Assembly: GCF_009914755.1 (NCBI RefSeq)
Contig: NC_060936.1
Reading direction: 5' to 3' (one strand)
DNA from: the human T2T-CHM13v2.0 reference genome, Homo sapiens
Length of the DNA stretch: 64,000 bases
Positions 17,211 to 31,507 of the stretch are shown here, piece after piece. Numbering within the stretch: position 1 is the stretch's first letter; each line of letters begins with the position of its first letter. The translations under genes were made by a program, and so were the position numbers. Below the pieces are notes generated by a model. It saw only the letters and a list, made by a program, of their open reading frames with translations. It was not told the origin of the DNA and did not search any database.

Positions 17211-17792
17211 AGAAAATGTGATATACATACACGATGGGCTACTATTCAGACATAAAAAGGAATGAAATCCTATCATTTGCAACAAAATGGATGGAACTGG
17301 AAGTCATTATGTCAAGTGAAATAAGCCAGGCATAGAAAGACAAGCTTTGCATGTTCTCACTTATTTGTGGGAACTAAAAATTAAAACAATTGAACTCACG
17401 GAGATAGGAAGGAGAACTATGGTTACCAGAGGCTGGGAAGGGTAGTTGTTGCGGAGAGTGAAGGAAGGAAGGGGGAAGTGGGGATAGCTAATGGGTATGA
17501 AAATATAGTTAGAGAGAATGAATAAGATCTAGTATTTGATTGTCCAACAGGGTGACTACAGTCAACAATAATTTATTATACACTTTTACATAACTAAAAG
17601 CATATAATTGGATTCTTTGTAACACAAACAAAAGATAAATGCTTGAGGTGATGGGTACTCCATGTACCCTGATGATGTGATTATTATACACTGTATGTCT
17701 GTATCAAAATATCTCATATATCCCTTAAATATATACACTTACTATGCACCTATAAACACTTAAAATAAAAATTTTTTGAAATAAAAATAAAA
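17211..17792 (+). mobile_element. L1MA (MA2/3-like) 3' fragment
   Basis: CACTTATTTGTGGGAACTAAAAATTAAAACAATTGAACTCA...GATAAATGCTTGAGGTGATGG, then an A-rich tail. Confidence 0.8.
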
Positions 17793-19485
17793 AGATCAAC
17801 TTCCTTGGAATAAGATGTTCAAGACTTCCTTGCAGAAAACTACAAAACATAATTGAGATAAACTTAGAATGGCATAAAGGGAGAGAGATACATTGTGTAT
17901 GAATGCAACTTCCAACATCGCAAAGATATGTTTTCTTCAATCAAAATAACAGGACTTTTTTTGGAATGTGGCAAGCTGATTCTAAAATTGTAATGAAAAT
18001 GGCAGTGGACCAAAAACCATCAATATACTCTTGAAGAAGAGAAATAAGGTAGGATGACTTGCTATACTGCATATCAAGGCTTATTTGAAAGCTACAGTAA
18101 ATAAGAGAAAAATAGACAACTGTACCAACAGAATACAATAGAAAAGAAAAAGACCCTTGTTTATAAAGAAACTTGATATACAATACAGTAACCACTAAAG
18201 AACAGTGGGGAAAATTCGGTATTTTGAATAAATGATTCTGGGCAGATTGGATATCCATTTGGAAACAGAATAGAATCTTAATTACCTGCCTCCTACCCTA
18301 CACAAAGTCCATTCCAAGTAGAACTTAGTTATAAATATGACAGAACAATAAACTTTCTAGAGAAAAACATAATAGAATATTTTCATCATCTAGGCTAGCC
18401 TTAAACAGGAAACAAAAACCAGTTTCTAATCATGTAGGAAAAGATGAAAATTTGGGTTACAGTTAGATGGATAACTTGTTTTCATCAAAACACTTTAAGA
18501 ACATGGAAATTGGAGATGATATTTGCAAAACATACAACTAACAAAGAGGTTGAATCCAAAGTATGTTTTTAAAAAAAACTCATCAAATCAATAAGAAAAA
18601 GAACAGGCAACACAATAGAAAACTGGGCAAAGACTTCAATAGGCATTTCACAGAATAAGATATCTAAATGGCCCATAAACACACAAAGAAAGGCTCAACC
18701 TCATCAGTCATTAAGGAAATACAATTAGTATCACATTGTGATACCATTATAAAACCACCCAAATGGTAATATTAAGATTGAAAATGCCAGATGTTTGCAA
18801 GGACATGAAACAATGGGAACTCTAATATACTGTTGACAGGAGTATAAATTGGTATAACCACTTTGGAAGACTATTTGCCATTTTCTACTAAATTTAAAAA
18901 TATGCAAAAACCAACAACTCACTACTTCCACGCCTAGATATATACCCAATATAAATGCATACACGCATGTAGCCAAAGGTGTATACAAGAAAGGTCATAG
19001 CAATATTACTGGCAATAGGCAAAAATTACAAACATCTCCAATGTTCATCTACAATAGAATGGATAAATGTGGTATATTCATGAAATTGAATAGCATACAG
19101 CCATAAAAAGGAATTAATCCCAGCTATACACAACAATAATGATGAATCTCACAAATGTAGTATTGAGCAAAAGAAGCCATACACAGAAGAATATATACTG
19201 CAGGCCTTTATATTGCTTTTAAAAAGATGCAAAATCAAATTATAGTGCTTAGAAATGCATTCTTAGGTGGAAAACTATAAAGAATATCAAAGTAATTAGC
19301 ATAGTAGTTAGCATATTGACTATTTTTGAACTGGTAGTGATTGGAAAGCTGCAAGGGGGGCTTCTAGGGTATAAGAAATGCACACATTCATCTGGTAGGT
19401 GACAATCACATGAGTTTTCTCTGTAATCACTGAGGTATATATTTTAAAATTTTGTCTACTTTTCTTTCTGCATTATTTCACAGTG
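17793..19485 (+). mobile_element. Ancient L1ME(3)-like, 3' part (late ORF2 + 3'UTR)
   Basis: Resumes ORF2 at GATGTTCAAGAC...GAAAACTACAAAACA. ME-type 3'UTR GATGAATCTCACAAATGTAGTATTGAGCAAAAGAAGCCA. Confidence 0.75.
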
Positions 19486-19509
19486 GAGAAAAGTTAAAAG
19501 AAAAGAAGC

Positions 19510-19890
19510 AGATGATATAGTCTGTCAATTCATGTTAAAGTGCTGCAAAAAGATCAAATGGAATGAGAAAAAAATAAAAGCTTTAACATTTGATAGTTAC
19601 AGGTAATGTGCAGCCTTTGGAAGTTTCAGGGAAGTCACAGGGAGAAGAAGTAAAAGAGCCAGCAGTCAAGAGTTAAAGATAAGCAGATAACAGGAAGCAG
19701 ACAGTAAGTCCCGCCTACTCCACTTTGGAGGGAAAGAAAGAAAAAGGCACAATGATAGCAAGGAAGGATGATGCTACTATTTTATTTTTTGGTGTGTTTC
19801 TGTTAAGACTGAAACAATTTGTGAGTACCTTAGTGGACAAACAGAAATGAACCAGTAGAAAGGGAAACTGTAAAAAATGTAACAGAGATG
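19510..19890 (-). mobile_element. L2 relic
   Basis: TGTTAAAGTGCTGCAAAAAGATCAAATGGAATGAG...AGTTTCAGGGAAGT resembles the antisense L2 body. Confidence 0.4.
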
Positions 19891-20263
19891 TGATGATTAT
19901 TGGATCAACACCCTCTACACTGTGGCTTCCAAACTAAACTGTTTTACATCTCCTCCTGCCCTTTGTCCCAACATTTCACAGAGCATGTGGGAAAGGAAGT
20001 CAAAATAAGAGAAATAAGAGAAAGCTACATGCTCCATTGTCCATCACCATTTCCCCAGCCGAGAGTAGATTGGAGTGAAGAGAAAGGGAAGTTTTGCCCC
20101 GAATAAGGGATTAATGTTCTGAAATAAATTGTCCTTGAGTTTGGAAGGCTTGAAAATGGATTTTTTTTTTTATGCCTGAAATTGCCCTAAGAAGCAGTGA
20201 GATTCACTGGTGGTAAGGCAGAGGGAAGGATGAGGCCAAGGTTCAACCAAACTTAAAGACAAT

Positions 20264-20521
20264 TAGGCAAAAGGAATAAGCTTTAGTGATCTATTGTACA
20301 GAATGACTGTAATAAATAACAATGCAGTACATATTTCAAAATTGCTCAGAGAGTAGACTTTAAATGTTTTCACCACAAACAAACGGTAAGTATGGGAGCT
20401 GATGAATCTGTTAATTAGCCTTATTTAATCATTTCGCAATGTAAACATAGATCAAAATATCACTTTGTACCCCATAATATACACAATTATTATTTGTCAA
20501 TTAAAAATAACATTTAGAAAA
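20264..20521 (+). mobile_element. L1MA (MA6-9-like) extreme 3' fragment
   Basis: TTTCAAAATTGCT...AGAGTAGACTTTAAATGTTTTCACCAC...TTTGTCAATTAAAAATAA. Perfect 15-bp TSD AAACTTAAAGACAAT at 20249-20263 and 20522-20536. Confidence 0.85.
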
Positions 20522-20572
20522 AAACTTAAAGACAATAATGAGAGAGAAAAAAAGCTGGCTAGTGATTTCTCC

Positions 20573-21125
20573 TGTAGTGGATGCTGTGGTTTTCCACCTA
20601 GTCTCTCTCCATAACCTTCTCAGGGCTGAAGCTCTCATTTCTCCAGTATTGTGGGTGTTGGCAGCTGCCTGCTCTTAGCTTTCTCAGGGTTGCCTAAAGC
20701 CAAAGACAATCACCCTTCTGAGGTCATACTTCCTTCCTGTGTCCCATGACTGGCCTGTGTAGAACACTGTGAAGGGCCCACCTGATTCCAGAGCTCCCTA
20801 CGGAATGAAGTGAGGCCTTGGCCTTGACTGCCATTCAGCTTATCCTTTTACCCCAGGATTTCTCAAATTCAGCACTATTGACATTTTGACCTGGATGATT
20901 CTTTGTTGTGGTGGCCACTCTGTATATTACAGGGTATTTAGCAGTGTCCTTGGCCTCTATCCACTAGATGCCAGTATGTCTCCAGATGTTGCTAAATATA
21001 TCCTGGGGTTCCAAACCTTCCCAGTTGAGAACCATGATGCAATCCTGCCCTTTTGACAGTACCCCCTGAGGCGCTGATCCTAAGAGCATTCCCCAATAAA
21101 CTTCCTGCATACAAATCACCAGATC
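20573..21125 (+). mobile_element. LTR16-type ERVL LTR, interrupted by MER20
   Basis: TGTAGTGGATGCTGTGG start, CCAGAGCTCCC and CCCCAATAAACTTCCTGCATACAAATC. Confidence 0.65.
20854..21036. mobile_element. MER20 (hAT-Charlie MITE)
   Basis: TTTCTCAA...GCACTATTGACATTTTG...CTATCCACTAGATGCCAGTA...GTTGAGAACCA. Confidence 0.8.
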
Positions 21126-21732
21126 TGTAGCACACGCAACAAATTCAGTTCACTCAATAAACACGTGTTTATTTATTAGTAAAGTATACCTGTACTACTG
21201 TAATTATATCATAAACACTATAGAGCATAAACAAAGAATAATTTAAGGTGAGATAAAAAAATAAACATAATTAGTAGTTCTAGCATTTTCCCCTACTCCT
21301 CAAAAGAATGTTTACTAGCACCTTCTAGGGAGCCTAAACCCTACATTGGAGATCAGTACCCTGGGAGCTGGGAGACATCAACAAAAAGAATGTAGGTGGA
21401 GTGTTCAGCCTTACTAACACTGAGTTAAGGGAAAACAGGGAGGATACTTAAAATAAAAATACTAGGGGTGACATGGTGATGGGCGGCAAGGTGGAAAAAG
21501 TCTGGTTTATATCCAGATGGTATTGATCACTTCAATAGGTATTAGATAAAAGGAACTTGTAGCTAAATAAAGGTCATGTCTTACAGTGTCTACAAATTAC
21601 CTACTTAAATTCCTATGAAAAAAAAGTAAAACGAAACTTTAAAAGGTAGCAAAGGTAATGAGAAGTAAAGATAAGAAAGACCATGAATCAAAAGTTCAGA
21701 GGGAATTGCTTTTAGTTGTATCATTATTGGTA

Positions 21733-22035
21733 GGCCAGGCGCAGTGGCTCGCGCCTCTAATCCCAGCACTTTGGGAGGCTGAGACATGCAGATCAATTGG
21801 GCCCAGGAGTTTGAGACCAGTCTGGGCAACATGGTGAAACCCTGTCTCTACAAAATATACAAAAATTAGACTGGTGTGGTTGTACGTGCCTGTAGTCCCA
21901 GCTACTCAGGAGGCTGAGGTGGGAGGTTCACCTGAGCCTGGGGAGTGAGAGGCTGCAGTGAGCCATGATCGTGCCACTGCACTCCAGCCTGAGTGACAGA
22001 GACTTTGTCTCAAAAAAAAAAAAAAAAACAAAAAA
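21733..22035 (+). mobile_element. AluJ (Jb-like)
   Basis: Full dimer with A tail. TSD GTATC(A/G)TTATTGG at 21718-21730 and 22036-22048. Confidence 0.95.
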
Positions 22036-22443
22036 GTATCGTTATTGGATTATAGATAAATTCTTGAACTTCCAACGCATTTTTTTACCTCTAAACTTAA
22101 CATTAGGCCATCACAACATTTTATGAGCTTATTAAAATAATACCATACCATTAGAAATAAATAGAAATTTTTAGAGATTCACACAGAAACTGACAGATAA
22201 TTGTAGTAAGATACTTCATTCCATTATCAGTCCATTTTAGACGAAGTAGTAAAAATAAATGAGATACAGGCTTTGAATAATGTTAAGTAATAATGTTGAA
22301 AACATGTTTTTCCCATTTACATTTAAGGCCTAAGTTTCTAACCACTCTTGGAGCATTCTTCAGCTTTTTCTGAAAGTGAGAGAGTTTCAGGGTAATAATC
22401 CATGTATCCTCAGGACCAAGTCCCTCATAGATAGAGCTATAGA

Positions 22444-22753
<310 letters not shown>

Positions 22754-22839
22754 CTATACACCTCTGTGTATTCTAGAAAAGCATGGGACAAGCTCTTTTC
22801 TCAAACACGACAGTAAATGTGTACTTAATATTATATCAA

Positions 22840-24340
22840 AAGAAAAAACAAGAAATAATTTAAGAGAAACTTGATTGGAACATTCTATTTTTTTGGTAGT
22901 CAAAAAGTAAAATAAAACAAACAATCAACAGCAAGATTGATCAGCCTAACTACCTAAAACAAAGCAATCATCAAAAACAAATAATATGTACTCAAGTTTA
23001 TGTCAATAAAATGTAAACCTTAGATGAAACTGATACATTCCTAGAGAAATATAACCTACCAATACTGACTTACCAAAAAAAACTTTGTATTATAACTGTT
23101 AAGTTGACTAAGCATTTAAAAATCTACATTCAAGGAATAAATGAGCTGAAATAAATTTACAAGGTGAATTCCACCAAACATTCAAAACCAGGTTACCCCA
23201 ATCTTATTAAAACCCTTAAAAAATGAACAAAGAGGGAGCAAACATTCTCTAACTCAAATTCACAGGAAAAAAAAAAAGGACATGGAGGGCCAAGCTACAG
23301 AAGAAACGCAAAATACAAATGAACATATTAAAAAAGATCCAACTGCACTATAAGCTACAAATTCAAATTAAAACCGTAATTAGGTGCCAGTTTTGCTTCT
23401 CAAATTTGCAATTACTTTGTGGGTACAGTGCATTGAAGACTGGTAAGGGAACAAATTGTTACAACTTTTATAGAGAGCAACAGGAGAAATCTGGCAAGAT
23501 GTATCAAAAGCCCTTTAAAATGTATATTTTAAATAGTTATTCTACTTATAGGAATGTATTTTTAGCAAATAAAAAGAATTGTGGGCAAATAGGGATGTCT
23601 ATTACAATATGATTAAAAATAAGAATCAATTAAAATTATAATATTCATATGTGGGAGAATTCTTAAATATATCCTAATATATTCATTCAAAAGAGTGGTT
23701 TGCACCATATAAATAATATAAGGAATTGAAATAATTCAAAGAATATTTAGCAACATACAAAAAATATGACACAATATTATATATGCATAGAATACAAAAC
23801 TAGAGATGAAACATAACCCCACTTTGTATGAAAAACACTGAAGATTAAGACATTAAAGACATCAAAACATTGATAGAGATTGATATGGTTTGGCTGTGCC
23901 CCCCGCAAATCTCATCTTGAATTGTAGTTACCATAATCCCCACGTGTTTTGGGAGGGACCTAGTGGGAGGTAATTTAATCACAGGTGCAGTTACCCTCAT
24001 GCTGTTCTCGTGATAGTGAGTGAGCTCTCACGAGATCTGATGGTTTTATAAGGCACTTTTTCTCCTTTTGCTCAGCACTTCTTCTTGCTACTGCCATGTG
24101 AAGGACGCGTTCGCTTCCCCTTCCACCATAATTGTAAGTTTCCTGAGGCCTCTCCAGCCCTGAGGAACTGTGAGTCAATTAAACCTCTTTCCTTTATAAA
24201 TTACCCAGGCTCAGGTATGTCTTTATTAGCAGCATGAGAACAGACTAATACAGAGGTTATTTTTATGTCGCTAAGAACATATGTGATTTTTTTATTCCTT
24301 TGTTTTCCCCAAGTTTTCTGCGAGTATATATCACCTTATA
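22840..24340 (+). mobile_element. Fragmented ancient L1M relic, interrupted by THE1
   Basis: TAGATGAAACTGATACATTCCTAGAGAAATATAACCTACCAA and GGTGAATTCCACCAAACATTCAA are ORF2-like. Confidence 0.55.
23881..24252 (+). mobile_element. THE1D-like solo LTR
   Basis: TGATATGGTTTGGCTGTG ... GAACAGACTAATACA with 5-bp TSD GAGAT/GAGGT. Confidence 0.92.
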
Positions 24341-24526
24341 ACCAGAAGAAAAAAAATAGTCTTTTTAAGGATCTGATGAACTTATCTATGGTGTAAGGGT
24401 TATAACTAGAGTAGGGATTAAATAGAACAAATGGAAAAACTTTGACTTATCACTTTAGGAAACATTGCAACAGAATTAAGAAGAATAAGTAAAAAACACA
24501 AACTATTTGGAGCTGGATAGACATAG

Positions 24527-24961
<435 letters not shown>

Positions 24962-26094
24962 TGACATAGTCAATGGGCCTGGCATGATGTCTAATGTAGA
25001 GTAGATTTTCCAAAAAAGTTTCATCATGTCCCCTCACTGATACCTAGATCTTACCTTTTGATAGCTCAGCCTTAATCTTTTGCCTAAGATCAAGTTAATG
25101 TTGCCAGTATTTCCACTATGATCAATTAAAACTTGATTCCATAAGGCCTCATCTATGTAAGGTAAATTTAAAATGACATTTGGCACAGCTGAATACAAAA
25201 ATACATCTCCTTCCATAATTAATAAAGACAGGAAATAATTTATTCAAAGAGGACTGAAAAAAAAAGTTACCTGAATTGACAATTATTTGAGCTTACGAAT
25301 CATTTCATTTAGAAGTCAAACCAGTTGTACATGGAGATGACTAAAGTGGGTCAATGTATTGATTAGATAATACCCTAGTTATCCATTTTCTTCCCTATCA
25401 GGAATTTGTAAAGGACAAAAATTTCCACATTGTTGTGAAAGGCAAAATTAGAACACTTCTCACTGAACTATTACATAAACTGTTCTTGCATGCTCTAATT
25501 TTATTTAAAATTAGAAATAGCTTCAGGGGTATTAATAGAATCAATAAATAGTGATATGTAATCAATATTTGATGTTGATAATTTTTTATTGATTTTACTG
25601 TGTTGATTATAAAGAACTTAAGGGAACTCTAGGCACCATGTTTCCAAAATATCTGGCTTGTTTAAATATACACAAAACAGAGCTATACACTAGTACATAA
25701 ATAATCTAGATTAAGACAACTGTTTGTACAATGATTTTGTAGTGGCCTATATTTTTATCATCTCAAGCAAACATTCTTTGTCATGAGTCCTTGAATAAAT
25801 GAAGAAAATATCTCGGTGAAAAGAAAATGAATTTTGCTTTTTTTGGGCATAACATTTTATTTCTTTCTATCACAAAGCTGAAAAATTGAGCAGTGATGCT
25901 TGTCAGCTTATTCTTTTCAGCTGAATGGAATGGAAAATCACACAAAATTGAACACAGAAACTGCCTTGACCTTCTCAATTGCCTGAAAATGGAAGTGTTT
26001 ATTCAAGCATTTACATGGTGGCCCTGGCTCATGGTGCCTTTGATTAATATAAACTGTTTTTCTAAGATAAGCAGCTCAAGGCATATGCTTTCTT

Positions 26095-26835
26095 CACTTC
26101 ATCTCTGCTAAACTTCTCCATCTAGCACAACTTAGAGGCCCTGAAAAAAAATCATTTGTTTGTCCTTTCTCACCTGGACTCCTGTAACAGGAACCCAGCA
26201 GATCTGTAGGCTTGCCCTCCTGTCATTTTATGATCCATTCTCCACAGAGCACTGGAGCCATCTTTATAAAATGCAAATCAGCTTCTCTTCCTTCCTTAGT
26301 TAAAACACTCAAATGGCAGCAGATCATAATTAGAATAAAATCTGAACCTCTTCCACATCTGACTTCATCTTGCACTACTAACCCTTTCCTCACTGGGCTG
26401 TAACTATACTCTCCTTTTTACTGTTGTTCAATCACACTAAGTTCATTCCCACTGCAGGAACTTGGCCTTGCTATTCTCTGTGCCAGGAATGCCTTGCTCC
26501 TAGACTTTACCACATCTGTCTTCTTTTTTGCATTCAGGTCTTGGCTCAAATATCATCTTTTCAGAGAAATCTTCTAACTTTCTAATCCAAAGTGGAACTC
26601 CCCTGCTCCCCGTTACTTTCTGTAGGTCTGTCATTGTTGTTTCCATACCACTTATTACTAGCTGGCATTATTTTATCCTTTATTTTCTTATTTATTGTTT
26701 TCTACTCTTCACTAAAATTTCATCTCCATAAAGGCAAATATCTTGTTGATTGTATTCACTGCAGTATTCTTAACATCCAGGATAGTGACTAACACATACT
26801 GTTCTGTTTGTAAATAGTTTTTACATAAACATTCA
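26095..26835 (+). mobile_element. L2 3' portion
   Basis: TCTCACCTGGAC..., CATCTTTATAAAATGCAAATCAG and CTCCATAAAGGCAAA are L2a-like motifs. Confidence 0.7.
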
Positions 26836-26849
26836 TCTGTGCAACTAAT

Positions 26850-27750
26850 CAATTGAAGTTTTTTTATTTACAAGCAACAGAAACTAACTCCAGTGAACTG
26901 GAGCAGAAAAGTACCTATTGAAAAACATGTTGAATTTTATGTGTCAACTTGATTGGGTTACTGGGTGCCCAGATATTGGGTCAAACATTATTCTGGGTAT
27001 TTCTATAATGGTAGTTTTGGATGAGGTTAATATTTAAATTGGTAGACTGAATAAAACAGATTGCTCCCCCTCAATTTCTGTGGGCAACCATTCAATTGGT
27101 TGACGAAAGGTCTGAATAGAATGAAAGGCTGACCTCCCTGGAGTAAGATAAAATTCTGCTTTCCTGACTGCATTTGAACTGGATATTGGCTTTTTCCTTT
27201 TTTGAAACTTGAACTGAAACATTGGTTCTTCCTGGGTCCCCAGGCTGCCAGGCTTCAGACTGGAACTACACCATGGGATCTCCCAGGTCTCCAGCTTGTC
27301 CACTTGCCCTGCAGATCTTGAGACTTTCCAGACTCCATAGTCATGTGAGCCAATGCCCTATACTAAATACTAAATCTCTTTATATATGCATGTCCTATTG
27401 GTTGTTTCTCTGGAGAATCCTAACTAAAACAGAAAGATATCAAGTGGCTCACAGAATAGCCAGAATAACTAGAAAAAGAGCCTTGGAAAATGGGGAGGAA
27501 CAAAGCCCTTAGAAGGCCAAAACCGCAACTGAAATGACACAAAGGAAAAGTCTGGCTAGAACAAAGCTGCTTTTAGCCCTGCTAGTCGTGGCCACCGGAC
27601 ACCCTACTACTCTTGCCACTGCCATAGCTGCTGCTGGATGCTGACACTCTCACCAGACTGAACTGTCACTGTCCTTGCTTCTTTATTTCCTTTTCTCTAT
27701 GCTTAAGTTTCCCTGCAGCAACAATCTTGGCCACATGTCCACAACCCTAC
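26850..27750 (-). mobile_element. Old MLT1 (L/N-like) LTR split by MLT2
   Basis: CAAGCAACAGAAACTAACTC lies left of the MLT2 and GAAAGATATCAAGTGGCTCACAGAAT continues on the right. Confidence 0.5.
26928..27431 (+). mobile_element. MLT2 (D-like) solo LTR
   Basis: AATTTTATGTGTCAACTTGATTGGG ... TTTCTCTGGAGAATCCTAACTAAAACA. Confidence 0.85.
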
Positions 27751-28219
27751 TTGAGGTTAAATTATTAAAAAAAAAAAAAAAAAAAAAAAGCTTCTGGCCT
27801 TTGAGGCTTTTGAGATAAAAAATAGGTTTTGTCACTATAAAATCATAAAATGTGAAAAGCAAATAATTGCTTTATATATTTTATCATTAGCTATGACCTA
27901 GAAATACATTGATCTTGCTATGCTCATCACAGATCTTTTCATTTATTCAACAATCATATATTAAATATCTTATAATTTCCTCTATGATATTTGCTGAGTT
28001 AATCAATAGTTACAGAAACATGACCACAATCTCAAGATTGGCTAAAATTAGCCCCATAAAATATGAAGAGCTCTATAAAATCCTAATGATCTCTATAAAA
28101 TCCTATAGATGCCTAGGTATCTATAGGCAGCTTTGAAAGGCTGATAAAAAGACTTACCTCCACTGCAAGGCCAAGAATTGGTAATCATGTAGATCTCCTG
28201 TATGAGTTCCTCTTCACAG

Positions 28220-28470
28220 CAGAGATAGATTTGGACCCTAGACCCAGATGTTGCATTCCCTCACGAAACGACTGTGAGCAGGTCTCTAAGCCTTGGTTTC
28301 TTTACCTGTAAAATGAGAATAATAACAAAGTTATTATTATTAATAGAGCCTTCTATTACTTCCTCACCAAGTTTTTCTGAGGATCATATAGAATAATACA
28401 TGAGTAGGTCTCAAATGAAAGTATGCAGAATACATGTAAAATATCAATAGTATTGTTACGTAAGTAGTAA
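28220..28470 (+). mobile_element. MIR
   Basis: Core TCTCTAAGCCTTGGTTTCTTTACCTGTAAAATGAGAATAATAA. Confidence 0.6.
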
Positions 28471-28546
28471 GACCCTATTGCAATTGAAAAGCCACATCCA
28501 TTCTAATTGAAATGAAAGCCACATCCACTCTAATCACAAGAGCTAC

Positions 28547-28938
28547 TCTCTTAGTTTTATGCTGCCATAACAAAAATACTTGAGATTGGCTGATTTGTGA
28601 AAAACGGGCATTTATTTTCACAGTGCAGGAGGCTAGGAAGTCCAAGATCAAGGTGTTGACAGGTTTGGTCATCTGGTGAGTGCTACTCTCTGTTTCCAAG
28701 ATGGCACCTGGTGCTGCATCCTTCAAGGGGAGGAATGTGTTGTCCTCACATGGTAAAAGGCAGAAGGGTGAGGGAGCCAAAGCATTAATTATGCCTCTTT
28801 TATAAGGGCCTTAATCCCATTCACCAGAGAGGGAACCCTCATTGGCCTAATCACCTCTTAAAGGCCCCTTAACGCCATTATATTGGCCATTATGTTTCAA
28901 CACCCGAATTTTGGAGGGGACACGTCCAGACCACAGCT
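28547..28938 (-). mobile_element. MST (C/D-like) solo LTR
   Basis: TCTTAG...GCTGCCATAACAAAA...GAAGTCCAAGATCAAGG...CAGACCACAGC. TSD GCTAC at 28542-28546 and 28939-28943. Confidence 0.85.
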
Positions 28939-30168
28939 GCTACTATTTATTTATCTCTTGTCCAATTCTCTAAATATGCATAGCTCATCATTCTCTCATT
29001 GTGTCTTCTCCTGCCAACTTGACTAAGTAAAGCATCTCTCAGCTTCTGGATCCTCTCCTTTTCTCTTGGCTGGCTGCTTCACATTGGAGAGACTTCAGCT
29101 AAACTAGTTGATTTCCCTCCATGGGGGAAGAAGGATTTATTTGATAGATGACTTTGAGGTAGGAAAGTGACCCTGTTTAGACCGACAAATACTAAGAAGT
29201 CATTTTTGCCCTATACGTCATGTTGGCTATTTTTACCAATCTTCCATAGAAAAATAAAATTCTCATTATAATGTATATTACCTATAAGCATTATCTTAAT
29301 TATTGTAAAATCTCAGTTCCTGGAGATTTCATTAGTTTATGTGCTATGGCTGGCTACTTAACACAGAGTATTTTACATATATTAATTCTAGGCAAATATC
29401 CCTTTATGATATTTTAGCAACTCAACCTTTAGTCATAACCAAAGAATTATAAATTGTCCACTTGTGAATACCTCAAAATATGTACTCATTTTAACTCGCT
29501 AACATGGTAAAACATGGAAAACGTGATCTATAAAGAATAAACATAAGTCATGGTGCTCACAACACAATAGAAGCACAGCGGATAGATTTCTGTTTAAAGG
29601 CTCAGCTCAACAGGGAATAGAAAAAAAGAAAACAAATGTCTCTGCCCTGCTAAGAGAAGCCTTGCCTTTGTGTGCTGTTTCCTGGCAAATGAAAAGGAAG
29701 AGAAGCTCCAGCTTGTACTGCCCTCTTAGGATTTGAAGGAACAAAAGAAAAGTAAATACTTCTCTGCTTCTAAGATTGACATTTAGGCAAAAATAGTCTA
29801 TCTTTTCTTTTTGTTTCTTCTCCTTCCTTTATTATTAAACAAAAAAGACTAATGCTAAGGTGAAAATCCTTTTTGAAATTATTTTTAATTTGTGTAAAAA
29901 GTTTCGTCATTTTTTGAAAATTATAGCAGAGCTTATTTTGTTTCCCTCCTTCAAATTGTCTAATGCGATATTCAGTTGTTAATTCTTGAGTAACTTTTGA
30001 TTCTTTGGTGGTGCAATCAAAATTGAAGACCACCAATTTATTCAAATGATATATTATTCCAGCCACTATAAGGAGTACCCTCAGTTAATACTGATTGTAA
30101 ATGATTTCCCTATGCAAACTAACTCCTTCTCTCAAAGCCTTTTTCCTAGGACTTCAACTCATTTTATA

Positions 30169-30800
30169 TGCTATTATGATCTGAGTGTTTGTGATCCGCC
30201 CCCCCCCCAAATTTTTATGTTTAAATTCTAATCCACAAGCGATGAGATTAAGAGGTAGAACCTCTGTGAAGTGATTAGATCATGAGAATGGAACCCTCAT
30301 GGACCAAATTAGTGCCCTTATAAAAAAGGTCCAAGGTGGATCACCTGAGGTCAGGGGTTCAAGACCAGCCTGGCCAACATGGTGAAACCCCATCTCTACT
30401 AAAAATACAAAAATTAGCTGGGCATGATGGTGGGTGTCTGTAATCCCAGCTACTCAGGAGGCTGAGGCAGGGGAATCACTTGAGCCTGGGGGTGGAGGAT
30501 GCAGTGAGCCAAGATCACGCCATTGCACTCCAGCCTGGGCGACAAGAGCAAGACACTATCTCAAAAAAAAAAAAAAAATGGCCCAAGAGAGACTCCTGGT
30601 ACTTTCCACCATGTGAGGACACAGTGAGAAGGTGTCATCTATAAACCAGAAGTGGGTCCTCACCAGACACCAAATCTGCCCATGCCTTCACGTTCATCTT
30701 GGGCTTCCCAACCTCCAGAACTGTAAGAAATAAAGTTCTACTTTCTGTAAGCCACCTAGTTGATAGTATTTTGTTACAGTATCCCAAACCGACCAAGGCA
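30169..30800 (+). mobile_element. MLT1A-like solo LTR, interrupted by an Alu
   Basis: ATTAGTGCCCTTATAAAA ... CCACCATGTGAGGACACAG ... CCTCCAGAACTGTAAGAAATAAA. Confidence 0.85.
30336..30578 (+). mobile_element. 5'-truncated AluS (Sq-like)
   Basis: Begins at GTGGATCACCTGAGG and lacks the first ~50 nt. TSD AAAAAGGTCCAAG / AAAATGGCCCAAG. Confidence 0.92.
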
Positions 30801-31507
30801 TATACCCACTTCGATGATATGCCATGATGGTAGCCAATGCTAGCACAGACTTAAGGCTTAATAAAAATATTATCATGTCACAATTCTGACCTCAGTAATA
30901 GTACCAGGCTCCTGGATCCATCGGTAGGGTAATTTGAGACACTCAAATGGATGGCTAAAGTTATGCTAAAGTGCTCAGTCCCAATCCACACTGAGACAAG
31001 GGCTTCCACTACCACCTCTGTCTCATGAACCCTATTTCAAAGAGCAGTGCATGTGCAAGAACCATTTTCTCACTCAATCCAAAAACCATCACCAAAATAA
31101 TGTCTGGCAAACTGCATTCCACATCTTCATCCTCTAACATAAAGTGTAAGATGATAATATTTTTATTAGTGTGACATGATAATGTTTTTTATTAAACCCT
31201 AGCATGTTAATACAGGTCCCCATTGCTAAAATCCTTTATTTTTGTATCTTCCTGACTTTCGGGGTAAGATACTGAGTTGAATTGTCTAAAGAGAAGAGAA
31301 TCTTCTTTGACAGTTTTTGCCAAGTAGATCAACAAATGCCTTTGACATTAAAATACCATAAAGCCTAAACTGGATGCTCTTAACCCCTGGTGTCCTATTC
31401 TTATGGATTTTCTCCTAAACCCTCTGGTAATTCCTTTTTAGTATTTTTCTAGGGCTCTTTTTTCTCCCTTTTCTTGTGGGTATTAGCAGCCTCTCTTTTA
31501 ACACTCT

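Noticed and set aside
27767-27789. Orphan A23 (and T29 at 63646) as a retrocopy tail
   Set aside because: No TSD or recognisable upstream body; homopolymer expansion suffices.
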